DNA from: Octopus sinensis | Taxonomy: Eukaryota | Direction: 5' to 3' | Assembly: GCF_006345805.1 (NCBI RefSeq) | Contig: NC_043002.1 | Span: 94,860,001-94,924,000, forward strand | DNA: 64,000 nt | In this document: positions 25,068 to 39,179 of the stretch, piece after piece | Position numbering within the stretch: the stretch's first letter is position 1 | Layout: each line of letters opens with the position of its first letter | The notes under the pieces: model-generated | The model's database searches: none | What the model was told of the DNA's origin: nothing | The model's input: the letters and a program-made list of their open reading frames with translations, nothing else | Program-made: the position numbers and the translations under genes

Positions 25068-25430
25068 TTACACCCCACCTACTTTTAATTACTGTTGGCT
25101 ACTCTTCCCATTTTTAATCTCTTTTGATTACTCCTCCCATTTTTAATCTCTGTTGACTACTCCGCCTATTTGTAATAGCTGTTGGCTATTCTCAGTTTAG
25201 ATAGTTGTTGGCTATTCTTCCCATTTTTAATATCTGTTGGCTACTCCTCCCATATTTGATATCTGTTGGCTACTCCTCCCATTTTTAATATCTTTGACTG
25301 CTCCTCCCATTTTTAATATCTTTGGCTGCCCCTCCCATTTTAATATCTGTTCCCTTCCTCCCACCTTTAATAACTGTTGCTTTCTTCAATATTTAAATAG
25401 CTATCTTCAACTTTTAATAGCTGTTACTTA
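25068..25430. repeat. About 29-30-bp minisatellite (TTGGCTACTCCTCCCATTTTTAATATCTG), about 11 degenerate copies
   Basis: Direct reading. Confidence 0.9.
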
Positions 25431-25792
25431 AGCCACCCAACCTTCAATAGATATAAATATTTTCTTAAGGCAATATAGTACACTATAACATATTTACCTA
25501 CTTATCATCATTATTATTATTTTACATCATCATCATTATTTTACACCTACTTTCCATGCTGGCATGATTCAGGTGAATCGCTATGGATCAAGTCAGTTCC
25601 TATCCATAGCTACTGCCCTCCTAGATGAACTGGATGATCAGTCTTGCTCATTTTTTGGTTTTGTTTCTATGGTTGGATGTCCTTAACATCAACCACTATA
25701 GAGAGTGTAATGGGTGCATTTTATTGTGGCACCAGCACTGGAGAGTCTTCTCAACCCTCTGCTCATTTGCTAACTATTTTACAGTGTCTTAT

Positions 25793-26145
25793 CTTTTTAT
25801 TTTTTACTTGTTTCAGTCGCTTGATTGTGACTATGTTGGGGCTCCGCATTGAAAAGTTTTAGCCCCAGTACTTATTTTTAAATTTAGCACTTATTGAATT
25901 GGTTTCTATTGTCGAACTGCTAAGTTATGGGGAGATAACACATCAACACCAATTTTCAAGCACTGGTGGGAACACACACACACAGATATATACATGCTGG
26001 GCTTCTTTTAGTTACTGTTTAGCAAATCTACTCACAAGGCTTTGGTTGGCCCAAGGCTATAGTAGAAGACACTTTCTCAAGGTGTCACAACAGAGGACTG
26101 AACCAGGAGCCATGTGGCTGAGAAGCGAACTTCTTACCCACACTA
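25793..26145 (-). mobile_element. SINE family A, diverged
   Basis: Colinear similarity to family A. Confidence 0.75.
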
Positions 26146-26689
26146 TATCTTGTATTTTCAAAATAATGAAACGGAACCTTAAACCCATCTATAAAGGAAT
26201 GTTTTACTTTCTAAAATCTCTCATTAAGAATAGAATTTTGATATTTTGTCTACTAACTAACAAAGAATTACACATCCTATCAAGAAATGAATAAGAATTT
26301 TGCAATGAAAGCCAAGTACTAACAAGTGAGAATATTCCACTTGAATCCTTTAATACCTCTTTCTTTTATATGTGCTAGATCTTCTTGTAATATATGAAAT
26401 ACCAAAACTTTATCTTTACATCTACAGGTGAATATATTTAACTTTATGAAAAAATTTGAAATTGCAATCCCAGTTAACAGTTAAACATAATTCTTTGATA
26501 TATTTCATACTTGAAGGAAATACCAATGACTAAATTCAATGTCTGTAGCTACCATCCATTATATACCCAATGTAGAATGGTTGTGCATGTCATTAATATT
26601 TTTACTGGTGCATTTAATTTTCTCTAATAGATTTAGATACAAAATGGATAATTATTTCTTTGAAAGACATACATTTGCTGTGTGAAGGT

Positions 26690-27350
26690 TGCTTTGGAAC
26701 CTCCTAATAATTACTCACTTGTCTACTGAGTCTTATTCAATATCACCAAAATGTAGACACCACATATTTGGTGTTCATTTAGAGTTATTAGGTGACTTCA
26801 ATGAAGACATCAATAACATTTTCCACAGTTACCTTCTGTATCTCAACAAAATCAGAAACATTCATATACACTTGACTTTCATTGCAAAATTCTTATTCAA
26901 TACTTGATTGGATGTGTAATTCTTTGTTAGTTAGTAGACAAACATCAATCAATGTTCAAACTGCAGCAACTTTGTCAATATCTAAAGTTGTGTAACTTCA
27001 CTGATGCAATATTGACCTGAAAATATAATTCAAAAGTTTATTAATGGCACATAAATGTGTTCTTGACATTATTTCTGTTCAGACTTCTGGCTACATTTAT
27101 ATTAAGGATTGACCAATGCTTATGGCCAGCATATCAGTTTTGAGCTGCTGATAGACTGACTGAGTTTGTATGACCCCACAAGAACCACAAAGACCTTCTG
27201 CTAATCTGCAGATGTCTTGTGCCATGGATGTAATGCCATGAGCAGTGCTTGTAATTTTCAGATTCCAACTTCTTTCTGTTAATAACATTAGTCACTGCTC
27301 TTTGATGCTTATTGAATTCTAATGTATTGATTTTGTCGTTGTATTATTGC
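26690..27350 (-). mobile_element. Decayed hAT-like transposase relic
   Basis: Minus strand LIDVCLLTNKELHI...VSDFVEIQKVTVENVIDVFIEV with stops; related sequence at 46300-46520. Confidence 0.3.
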
Positions 27351-28279
27351 CTAATAATACTATGTTAGAGTATTACTTTCTGATCTTCAGTAGTTGTAAT
27401 TTTCTCTCTCTTTCTCATTTATATATATATGTATCTCATCATCATCATCATCTTTTAACATCCATTTTCCATGCTGTCATGGGTTGGACTAGATGAAACA
27501 GGTACAACTGAAGAAGGGGAATATTCGTTATGTTGTATGTCTCGTTTCTCTGTTTTTTTCGTTGTTTGAAGAAAAGTTCGTTTCTATGTTTTTGTTTTTA
27601 TGTTTTTGTTTCTCATTGTGTTCAACGTTTTTTTGATGTCCTGTACCCATATATGCATGTATATATACATATACATGTAGGTATGTACATATATGTATGT
27701 ATATATGCATATATTTATATATCATTTATATTATATATATGTGTGTGTGTGTGTGTGTGTGCAGCACTATTTGTGTGGCAGGTTTTCTACAGCTGGATGC
27801 CCTTCCTGTTGCCAACCCTACCTGTTTCCAAGTGAGGTAGTTTTCTTCTTCCACTCTGTCAGAAGGCACAAGCACTTTCACACGCATGTACACACATGAT
27901 GGTAACTTCCACCGACCAAATTCAATCACAAGGCTTCGGTCAGCCTGAGGCTATAGCAGAAGGCACTTGCCCAAAGTACAATGCAGTGGGACTGAACCGA
28001 AAACCATATGGTTCAGCTGCAAGCATCCTAACCACACACACACACACACACACACAGAAAATATCTGAACATCTGCCCCTTCTATATAAAACATACCACC
28101 TTAATATGAAGCATGTATATATAAAGCACAAATATGAAGTACATAGTTCTCATGTATTCCTGAATATGCAAAATTTGCTTCTAGTTTTTGTTGGTTTTGT
28201 TTAGTACAAAGTCAGCTCTGAATAAACAGTCAGACAAAAGTATTCATGCAGTGGGCACCTTGTCTTCTTTTATTTTCTA

Positions 28280-28981
28280 CTAGCAGTAATACCCGTCATT
28301 CATCGAATAATTATTTTTACTCTTTCTCAGGAGTCACATTCAAAGTATTATTATATATATAATAGATTTCTCAACGGGGATTTCAGTAGAGAGTTTCAGC
28401 GAGTCGCTGGCAACGTATCGTGATGATCAAAACTCCGGCCTGCTAAAATTTGGTTAAAGTGATTCAAACTGCAGACTCAACGCAAAATGGTCACATTTAA
28501 TTCAAAGCGTTAAAAATGTTATGAAAACAATTGGTGTGTGTTCACAAAGTCCAAACGATTAATACGAAAAAACCCTCCAGGTTACATCCTGAAAATTCAT
28601 TTCTTTGTCGAATTTCTACAATGTTTACGGCGATTTGTTTTTATATCTTGATTTTTTATTTTTCATGCAATTTACGCATGCTTGCACGCGTGGTGAACAC
28701 AGTTTACGTCAAACAGCTGACTGAGTAAAGTTCACTATTCAATGCATGGGATAAGGCCTAAGCAAACACATTATCGATTTTTGCACTTGCGAGATGAATT
28801 TCGGAACAGAAATAGCATAGTTCAATTTTCATTCACCTAAACTTTAAGTGACCCATTTTTGGTGGTTCTACGATTTGTTGTCTAGGAGGAGATGTGCCGG
28901 GAAGTTAAACACACAGACACACACACAGATACACACACAGACACACACACAGACACACAAGTTGAGTTTTATATATATAGA
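28280..28981 (-). mobile_element. Non-autonomous Helitron
   Basis: Minus strand begins A|TCTATATATATAAAACTC with a (TG)-rich tract and ends ...CGGGTATTACTGCTAG|T; no TSD. Confidence 0.8.
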
Positions 28982-30876
28982 TTTTTAAGACAGTAGGGTG
29001 TTATCAGATTTTGCTGTTATTTTCAGCAACTTGTAAGTACTGTTTATTGTTTCTGGTTCATGTTAAGATGCATTACAATGCTAAACATTTTGGGTTTTGG
29101 TAAATTTAGATGAAACATCTAATGACACTTGATTATTGAATCATCACTAGCTTTTGTTTTCACGTTGCAATGAGGTTAAGTGAATCTTTTGAAAACCCAT
29201 ATTTTTCAAGACCAAAAATCACTGTAAGACCCAAAACAGTGATAAATTAAAACAACTCAACTGGAATTCAAACTTTCTTCATATATTCCACAAGCTAGAA
29301 GTTTACCAGTTCTAGATTTTACTAGCTACTCTGAATCTCAACTTCATGATTTTAGTTACTAGGTGTAAGTACCATCTGCTTCTTAATTCTGCTAATTTCT
29401 CTTTGATATACTTCCACTATAATTATGCACAAATAAAACCTTAGTTGCTTCACTTAGCTTCATAGCTCATTCTCAGATCTCTTCGTTTTGCTCTCAGTTA
29501 TTCTCATCTCACTCTTTCAGAATATCTTAATTTTCTGTTTATTTGAAATTGCAGATTAAATGGGTAAAAGTCTGCTTAACTTAGGTAGTTTAAATTGCTT
29601 TTGTTTCAAGTTTATATCAATGCACATTACAATGTAAAACATTTTGGTCTTGAGGAAAACACTTTCTTTGGAGAAGATTAAATTGCCACCTAATCAATAA
29701 AATCAATATATTAGGTATCTAGGCCATCTCTTTCATTTTGCTCAGATTAAAACTTAACAAATCATAAGCTTTGTATTGTGAATATTTTGATACAGCAAAG
29801 AAAGAAAAAAAATTGTTTCTTTTTGTCAATCTTATTTGGTAAATGATTGCCTCTGATTTAATATTTATATTTGATATTCAAATCTTGTTTATCACTTATC
29901 TATTGAACTTCCTTCTTGTATTAAATTGCTTTATGATTTGTATTCAGTATACCATTTACATACAACTTTATTATTATTATTATTATCATATCAAACATTT
30001 AGAAGAAATCTGCTTTTCTAAGTAAAATTCATAATTATATAAATAACATATTTGAAAAAAAGCAAATCAGTGTCAAGACCAGAAGAAATTAATCCTCCTT
30101 TATAGAAGAGAATATTTCCAAGTTTGCATCAAATTATAAAAATTTCTGTCATCTAACCCCTATGTATTTGCATTTCAAATTTCTCAGGTATGGGAATAGA
30201 ACTCAATAGAATATAGGCTCCACATCTCAGAGAAGAGCCAGTCAATTGGTAGTCATTCAATCACTAACAGACACACTTCAGCCTCTAGACAAACACGTGT
30301 GAAGTTTCCTCTCTCTTTTCTGTTGCTTTTATAACGTCCTCTGTTTCTCTGAGCAGACCAGTCTTGTATTTTCACCACTTAGGCCCCCTCCTTCAAGCCA
30401 CTTGTCTCTCCGTCTCTCATGACCCTTGTTGAGTTCTTACCTCTGCTCCTACTCTGACCACTTTGTCCACTCTTTTTTTCCCCCCACCCCAGAACATTGA
30501 ACCATTTCAGTCTTCTTCCTGGTCATGTCTTTCCTGCAGGTGTTTATCTACAACAGTTTAACCAGAACATTAACAGCATCAAGCTCACTGGCATCAGAGA
30601 GCCTGCACAGCACATGGGCAATACCCACTTCCACCAGACTGCGAAAAAAAAAAATTGAAGAAGGAAAATAACCACTTTTTACACTTGATTTCTTAGAATT
30701 CTTGGTTTGAATTTTTCTTTTTTCCAAAGTTTTTGAATGTCCTCCACTTAATTCAAGAGAAAGGTCTGTAGCAGATTATAATGGCCATACATAAAAATGG
30801 TTTACTTTTATTGAAGATTTTCTACTGGCATCTCACCTTGAAAGATTTCATTTTTTTTCTCAATATATGTCTCAGC

Positions 30877-31265
30877 TTTTCTTTTATTCTTTTATTTGTT
30901 TCAATCATTTGACCATGGCCATGCTGCAGCACCACCTTTAGTCGAACAAGTTGACCCCAGGACTTATTCTTTGTAAGCCTAGTACTTATTTTATTGGTGT
31001 CTTTTGCCAAACCACTAGGTTATAGGGACGTGAACACACCATTGTTGTCATGCATTCGTGGAGAGAAAACACAGACACACAAACACATGCACACACACAT
31101 ACGATGGAATTTTTTCAGTTTCTGTCTATCAAATCTACTCACAAGGCTTTGGTCAGCCCAAAGCTATAGTAGAAGACACTTGCCCAAGGTGCCATGCAGT
31201 GGGACTGAATTGGGAACCTTGTGGTTGGTAAGCAAGCTACATACCACACAGCAACTCCAGTGCCT
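30877..31265 (-). mobile_element. SINE family A
   Basis: Colinear with family A. Confidence 0.85.
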
Positions 31266-31725
31266 ATTAAAAAAAAGAATAAATATGACAATAAAATAAA
31301 CTTATTCTAGGTACAGGAATGACTGTATTGATATGATAGATATAACGTTTGCTTCACAACCAAAGGGTTTCGGGTTCAGTCCCGGTGTGGCACTTTGGGC
31401 AAATGTCTTCTACTATAACCCTATCTCCCTGGATCAACCAATGTCATGTGAATGAATTGTGTGTGTGTATTGTTACATATGTTGTTGTCTCTCACACCTT
31501 GAAAGCTGTTATTGGTATATTTATGTCCTCAAAACTTAGTAGTTCAGCAAATGCATGCATGCATACATACATACATATGAAGAATAATCAGCTGAAATTG
31601 TGAGGATAATCTGGTGCTTGACTGAGGAAAGAAAACTTCAAATGACCCGTCCTTGTTTGCTTTGTATCGTGTATCTGGATGTTTTGTTTCTTTTTGTATC
31701 ACCTAGCTGTGGCACTCTATTGGTT

Positions 31726-32022
31726 GTGGAAGCACATGGCCTAGTGGTTAGAGAAGCAGACTCACAGTCGAGGGATTGCAGGTTTGAAACTCAGACCAGG
31801 CAATGCGTGTTTTTATGAGTGAAACACCTAAGCTCCATGCGGCTCCGGCAGAAGATAATGGCGAATTTCTGCTGACTCTTTCGCCACAACTTTCTCTCAC
31901 TCTTTTCTACTGCATTTAGCAGCTCACTGGCAATGGACTGGCGTCCTGTTCAGGTGAGGAACTTTTACAGCAATGAAACCAGGAAACTGGCCCTTATGAG
32001 CCAGCTTGAGAACGAACAATAA
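31726..32022 (+). mobile_element. SINE family C
   Basis: GTGGAAGCACATGGCCTAGTGGTTAG head, (AAC)n-like tail; colinear with the 42677 copy. Confidence 0.8.
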
Positions 32023-32029
32023 CAACTTT

Positions 32030-32315
32030 GTTGGTTACGATGATGAGGGGTTCCAGTTGATTTGATCAACAGAACAGTCTGCTCATGAAATTAATGTGCG
32101 AATGGCTGAGCACTCCACAGACATGTGTACCCTTAACATAGTTCTCGGGGAGATTCAGCGTGACACAGTGTGACAAGGCTGGCCCTTTGAAATACAGGTG
32201 CTACTCCAGTTAAGTGGACTGGATCAATGTGAAATAAATTGTCTTTGTCAAGGACACAATGCACCACTAGGAATTGAACTCCTGACCTGAATAACCTAAC
32301 CATTAAGCCATGTGT

Positions 32316-32318
<3 letters not shown>
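32030..32318 (-). mobile_element. tRNA-derived SINE family D
   Basis: Reverse complement of the 35698 copy. Confidence 0.75.
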
Positions 32319-32353
<35 letters not shown>

Positions 32354-32680
32354 TGATATATGCATTAATGTATGTTATAATAAAAGTTTTACATTAAATT
32401 AAAGGATAATTTAATACCTTTAGTAGAGTACAAGTTTATTATTTTGTAAGAAGAATGGTGTTGATAGTGACATCAGAGTTTTGGCCAGCGAAGCCATCAT
32501 TTGAGTTCCTCTTGGCTTTAACCCAAGTTCTGTTGAATGGTAAATATGGTGTATGGTAGGTTGTGGCCAGATGGATTGGGGAAGTGCTAACTGTTAGAAT
32601 TTACTTACTCATGCATGTAGAGTTTTGTTATTAGCTGTGTATATTTAGATGTGTATATGTATATAAATATATGTGTACGT

Positions 32681-33080
32681 AGGCGTAGGAGTGGCTGTGT
32701 GGTAAGTAGCTTGCTTACTGTCCACATGGTTCTGGGTTCAGTCCCACTACGTGGCACGTTGGGCAAGTGTCTTCTATAGCCTTGGGCCAACCAAAGCCTT
32801 GTGAGTGGATTTTGTAGACGGAAACTGAAAGAAGCCCGTTGTATATATGTATACATATATGTGTGTGTGTGTATGTGTTTGTGTGTCTGTGTTTGTCTCC
32901 CCAACATTGCTTGACAACCGATGCTGGTGTGTTTACATCCCTGTAACTTAGTGGTTCAGCAAAAGAGACCGATAGAATAAGTACTTGGCTTACAAAGAAT
33001 AAGTCGATTTGCTCAACTAAAGGCAGTGCTCCAGCATGACCACAGACAAATGACTGAAACAAATAAAAGAGTAAAAGAGT
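32681..33080 (+). mobile_element. SINE family A, full length
   Basis: Colinear with family A. Confidence 0.9.
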
Positions 33081-33422
33081 GAAGAGAGTTTCTGTAATTA
33101 TTTTCTTTTACTCTGAAAAGATTTGAGTTTAGTTGATAAGATTATAAACAGATTATTGAAATGACAAATCATTTTAGAATCTCTGATACTTGTTTGTGTT
33201 AACCGTGATTGCTTCACCTCTACAGAAATACCTCATTTGTTTGTTCTATTTGAAGGAGATGGCATTTTGCTAATTGATCTGTTGGAATATTTGTCTTTCA
33301 TTACAAATGGCGATAAATAATTAGTAGTTATAGCAGAATAGTATTTTGTTTCACATATGCGAGATATTATGTTTCTGAGGGGGTAAAAAAGTAAGAAAGA
33401 AACACACACACACACACACACA

Positions 33423-33461
<39 letters not shown>

Positions 33462-35697
33462 GTGTAGCTGTGTTCATATGCTCAGGCATGGCTATTTGGT
33501 TAGACATTTCCTTTTCAATCACATAATTCCAGGATCAGTCTCAGTGTGTGGCACCTTGGACAAGTGTCTTCTATTATAACATCAAGCCAACCAAAGCCTT
33601 GTGAATGGGTTTGGTAGACAGAAACTGAAAGTAGCTTTTTGTGCTTATCCCCTCCCCCCAATGCTTCACATCTGTGTTGGTTTGTTTACATCCCCATAAC
33701 TTAGCAATTCAGCAAAAGACCACCACAACTCAAGGATTCCATGAAAGATGGTCTACTGCTCTGCCATTGGTACTGTACCCCCACTCTACAAACCAACCAT
33801 AGCATGCCTAGATAACTGAACCAGATTATTATTATATTGTGCCATTTTTAGGACAAGAAAATATACTCCCAGTTTGTGGATGTGATGTTTTTCTAAAATG
33901 TATAAAACTAACACAGCCACAATTACTCTTTGGAACAGCAGATCTCAAAGCAAATAAACCTATAAGTAAAAGCATGTAAATAGCAGGTTAAAAACCCTTT
34001 GGATAGAAAGAGTTGAAGGCTGCTTATGGGATTTGAACCTAAATTTCATGTAATCATGAGAGGTGATCTACCATTGGACCAAAGCAATCGTTTGAACTTC
34101 TCTATCTGTTTTTGAAACTATTTTTACCAGTGAGAATTGTATGTTTTAGACATCATAAGAATTTTTTTTATAAATTTCAAGATAACTGAAGCAAATAAAG
34201 CCAAAAATAATAGCATTTAAATCAATTTTATATATATTTTCCACATAGGGAATTTCAGATTTGAAATACTTCTCTTCTGTACTAATTTTTTTCTTTTTTC
34301 TTCTTTTTTTTTCTACAAGTAAATCTATAATATATATTCTTTCAAACTCGAGACTTTGTACCCAGGTTAGTAATAGAAAATTTCTATTTCATACACAATG
34401 AACTGATTTTCCTTGCAATATGTTTGTAAAATTTCCGTATTGCACTATATAACTTGGTGCAAACTACCTCATTTTTCTTGTGTGTATGGGTGGGGTTTAG
34501 ATAAATATAGATTTAAAATAGTAATAGCAATCTGTACATAGTGTATACCATCAAATGCAATAAAATACGGAATTCATTATTGAACTCTTGGCAAAAAAAA
34601 CAAAAAAAAAACGAAACCCCAAAAAAACTTCCAATGAAATTAAGATATTTTCCTAATGAATATCCACTTTTTACTATAGCTTATCTGCCTTGAGTTAGTG
34701 ATTTCCATTATGCAATAATATAAAATATCCTTTTGTGTTTAATAACAATGCCTATCTAATGAATCTAATTTAAAAATATCAGAAAAACCAAAAATGGGAA
34801 GTAAAGAATTTACATCTGATTGGTAATATTTCTTTCTATGTATCTGTAATGGATCTATTGATACTTCTGTTTTCTCAAGTGCAATATCGATATTGTATTT
34901 CTCTCTCTCTCTCTCTCTGTATACATATATATGAAATTGTTTTTAATGGTGGAACCCAAAGTAGATAAAACTATAAAAAAAAAAACACTGTAAAATGTTT
35001 GATTAAAAACAATCAACTTTTCCATTCAAGCGTTTCAATGTGGTCATGCTGGGGCACTGCCCTCAACGGCTTAAGTGAACCTTATCAAACTCAGTACTTA
35101 TTTCAGATTGATACTTATTTTATAATTTCCATTTATTGAATGATTAAGTTATATCTTGGAAAACAATGTTATCTAATATGTTATACCCATGGAAACATAA
35201 ACAGATACAATCACACTGGTACTCACACTTATCTGATTGTCTATTTATCTATTTCTCCGTCTCTTTGTTTTTCTCTGTTTATTTGTCTTGTATGTCTGTT
35301 TCTCTGTACCTACCTACATACAGATCTACATGCATATTCACCTATCAACTAACCAAACAGTTAATCAAGCACAGTCTTCTTACATAGTTTCTGACTACTG
35401 AATTTCACACACAAAATATTGTTGAGACTGATGCTGCTATAGAAAGACATTTTACCTAAGCTTGTTGAAGACAGAATGACTTTGGAATTATGTGGTTGTA
35501 GAGCAAACTTCTAAGCCATGCATTTCCACTTGCATTTAATTATCTGACTATCCTGTCTTGGAAAATGGATGTAAAATGATGATTCACTCATATATGTTGA
35601 ATGTGTCATCACAGTCTAAAGCAATTCATATTTTGAATTACTTCTTTTCTAGATGTCACAGATGATGTCTTACTTAAACATTCTACTATGGTTTCTG

Positions 35698-35980
35698 TGA
35701 AGGTGCGTGGCTTAGTGGTTAGGGCATTCGGCTCACAGTTGCAAAGTCGTGAGTTCAACTCCCGGCGATGTGTTGTGCCCTTTAGCAAGACACTTTATTT
35801 CACGTTGCTCCAGTCCACACATCTGGCAAAAATGAGTTGTGCCTGTATTTCAAAGGGCCGGCCTTGTCACACTTAGGGGTACATGTGTCTGTGGATTGCT
35901 CAGTCACTTGCACATTAATTTCACGAGCAAGCTGTTCTGTTGATCAGCTGGGACCCTCGTCATCATAAGTGACGGAGTGC
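35698..35980 (+). mobile_element. tRNA-derived SINE family D
   Basis: GTGGCTTAGTGGTTAG...GAGTTCAACTCCC head, then GCAAGACACTTTATTTCACGTTGCTCCAGTCCAC core. Confidence 0.8.
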
Positions 35981-36743
35981 TCCTAAAGTAACTATGGTTT
36001 CTATGGGTGAATACCCCATCATGGAACCAACACTAAAGAGGCTGCTTTGTTCTCTATAAGACTTAAGAATCCTCTGCACTCTGCACTCTATGTTGTCTCT
36101 GTTCATTCAAAGCATATTCTGATCAAAAGTGTGAATAGGATAGAGGATATGTGACAGATGAATAGGTGAGTTGTAGAAGTGAGAGTAATGGAAGAGATAT
36201 AGTGAAAGATAACAAACTGAGAGGAAGTGAGGAAAGCAAAAGTAATGGATGTGGGAGAATGATGTATGTCAATAGAAGCAGAATGACTGGGGAAGGGGCA
36301 ATGTGAAGGAAAGTGAAGGGTTCCAAAATATCAAAAATGAGTGATGGTAAAAGAGAATGTATGATGGGTAACAATAGAGATAGTAAAGGTATGTGGTGGG
36401 TATCAATGGAGAGTGATATAGGTGAAAGAGAACAAAGGTGATTGCTGAAGGTATTGAATATGAACTGTTCCAATGTCATACCCGTTGCCCAGGCATCATT
36501 ATTGGAGAGCAGACTGATATAAGATGATGGTAGTGTTGGTAGTGGAGGATTCAGTATGAACAGATCCAAGCCACCCTTCATTTCCCCAAGTAGCATGATA
36601 CTATGAATAGGAGAAAAGGTGAGTGATGGTTGGGAGAATTAATGAAGGGAGCTGTAAGATGGAGCCCTAACAGGGATATAATGAGCAAGAGGTCTATTAT
36701 AAAGACATCATATGCACCAATCACCATCATCATCTTAATGTCC

Positions 36744-37158
36744 AGATCTTTTCGGTTTGAACGGCAGTTTTTAACATAATTTCTAGGTAACTAAAAAATT
36801 TTAAACTTCGTATACTGGTAGAATGTGTTTATAAAACATCTTTTTCTCATGGCTTTATTGAGAAAATTCTATAGTTTGTAAGCTATTTGTTGTTGTTTTT
36901 TCTCCAATTTCTGCTATTTCAACCAATCAATGATGTCTATTGAGTTAAAAAGCATTCTGTGCCATATGAATATGTCCCTCGTTTAAGAAACAGATTGGGT
37001 TTATTTACATTTGCGAAGAAAAAAAGATACCCTTCCCCCACCCATAACCCTAACCCTAAAAGAGATTGAAATGCAATAGATCAATTCTAGGGTCATAATT
37101 ATGGGTGACAATTTCATGACACCGCTAGAAAAAACTGCCGTTAAAACCGAAAAGATCT
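36744..37158. mobile_element. MITE copy 2 (same family as 3851), 8-bp TSD
   Basis: AGATCTTTTCGGTTTGAACGGCAG...CTGCCGTTAAAACCGAAAAGATCT; TAATGTCC duplicated at 36736-36743 and 37159-37166. Confidence 0.9.
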
Positions 37159-37641
37159 TAATGTCCTACTTGTATGAATAGCTGGGTCTTCACTAGCTCT
37201 GTAGGGTTGCCACTCATCACAGTTTTTTGTCATTTCTTTCATGTGAGTCAGCTTCTTGAGATCAGTCTTAAAATTTTGTCCCAGTTTTCCTGGGTTTCCC
37301 ATTTCTACATGTTTTATCCACTTCAAGCACTTGACATCTCTTTATACAACAGACATCCCCTATATTCAACAAGGTCCAACACAGTTTTCTCTTTTGCACA
37401 CTACATCTGCTTCCTCTTATATCCAGCCTTTCTTCTCAATTCTTGCACATTGAAGTGAAAAAACCAAAACTAATATGGTTCTTATTTTGTTATTTAATAT
37501 ACACACAAAAATATTTTTCTTTACTTGATGTAGGCAAATAAGTTTGTGTATTACCTTTTTGATAACCTTTACAGCTCATATAAGCTCTGCTTTATTGTAT
37601 AATATATGTATGTGTATATATGTGAGTGTATTTTTGTGTGT

Positions 37642-38130
37642 ATCATCATCATCGTCTAACGTCCGCGTTCCATGCTGGCATGGGTTGGACAGTTTAACTG
37701 AAAGCTGGGGGCTGTACTAGGTTATAATCTGATTTGGCAAGGTTTCTATGGCTGGATGCTCTCCTGAATACCAAACACTCTGAGAGTGTAGTGGGTGCTT
37801 TCTATGTGCCACTGGCACAGGTGCCATTGACCTGACGCCGGCATCTCTCTTGCACACCACATCTGATGCTTGACACTTTTATTCTATTGTGCATGCACAC
37901 TGACATTACACATCCAGCAGAGTATACTAGCTTCATTCCTTACAAGCCTATGCATGTCCTCAGCAGTCACAGCCCATGTTTCACTGACATGTAGCATGGC
38001 TATTCACACATAGGCATCTTACAATCTACCTTTCATTCTGAGCAAGAGGTCCTTTGTTACCAACAGTGGTAGGAGCTCTCTGAACTTTTTCCCAGCCTAT
38101 TCTTATTCTAGCAGCTATGCTCTCAGAGTT
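37642..38130 (-). mobile_element. Family B tail plus upstream RTE fragment
   Basis: (CAT)n tail motif, then decayed RTE-like coding sequence (WKKFRELLPLL-like at about 38090-38055). Confidence 0.65.
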
Positions 38131-38249
38131 ATATATATATATATGTATGTATTTGTGTTTATAGGTGTATATATATGTATGCATGTATGTGTATATAGGT
38201 CTGGGTGTATGTACATCTCTCTATTGCATCACTCTTATTCTTGTAGCAG

Positions 38250-38590
38250 CTAGTGATAATACTATGACACTTTCCTCTAATACCTACTCGTCTGTCCTAT
38301 GCCTTCTTTCTCAAGATATGTTAATGACTTACCCATCCTCACATTTTACCATGGAGAAGCTAACACAATATTTGAAACATATACAATACAAGCGTGGATG
38401 ACCATATAAGATTCTGCATTAGACACCTCAGTAACTCTAGATTTCTTTTACTTACAGCACTAAATCTCAAGGGAAGTAACCTCAACACCAACTTTTATGA
38501 TGAGAATAATGTCATTTACATCATTACATAGCCTGTAGAACTTTGAACAGAGTGTATATATTTTTTGATACACACATAGAGTTCAGGCAA
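38250..38590 (+). mobile_element. Possible decayed Penelope-like RT
   Basis: LKGSNLNTNFYDENNV resembles PLE 'G.L.T.LYDKRDDF'; weak. Confidence 0.25.
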
Positions 38591-39179
38591 TATTAGAATT
38601 AGTAATATTGCTATCTTTCAAATTCTGTGTATGGCTTCATAATGCTGTATCTGAAATTCAAGCACTCTGTCTTGAAACTGCTTTCACACATTCCAATTTA
38701 TGGTTCATTAGATTGCTTGTCATCTTGGATTGATAATGTTAGATTGTAGACTAGTGATTTAGTTTTGCTTAAATTATCTAAGCAGAACTCCTTATTTTGG
38801 CAGTTGCTGTAATTTAGATTGGTAGTCTGATGACTCTTCATGGAGTTGTTGAGTGATGATATTTTCCATATCAGTCTTGCAACTACACTTCATTTGTAAG
38901 TTTTGCTCATTAACTAATTTGGAATATCTATGATCTTTTATCGTATATTTGTTTCAATCATTGGACTGAAGTCATGCTGGAGCACTTGCCTTGAAGAGTT
39001 TTTAGTTGAACAAATTGACCCCAGTAGCTTAAACTTGGTACTTATTCTGTTGACCTCTTTTGCCAGACCATTAAGTTATAGGAATGTAAATAAACCAACG
39101 TTGTTTCTCAAGCAGTGGTGGGGGGGGGGGCACTTAGACACACACACACACACACAGTATATATATATATATTGTGGAA

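Noticed and set aside
25068-25430. CRISPR-like periodicity (also family B subrepeats and 11401-11497)
   Set aside because: Head-to-tail degenerate units without unique spacers, eukaryotic context, no cas genes.
27493-27650. GAAACAGGUA followed by CUGAAGA, and a distant GUC-CUGUACC
   Set aside because: Cannot be assembled into a complete hammerhead; at most a truncated PLE-terminal remnant.
29068-29648. About 25-bp direct repeats (CATTACAATG.AAACATTTTGG) 550 bp apart
   Set aside because: Short, AT-rich and imperfect; the interior could not be assigned to any element.
36123-36596. 157-aa Leu/Ser/Pro-rich ORF
   Set aside because: Reflects a pyrimidine-rich strand with few stops; possibly a decayed PLE end, not supportable as a gene.
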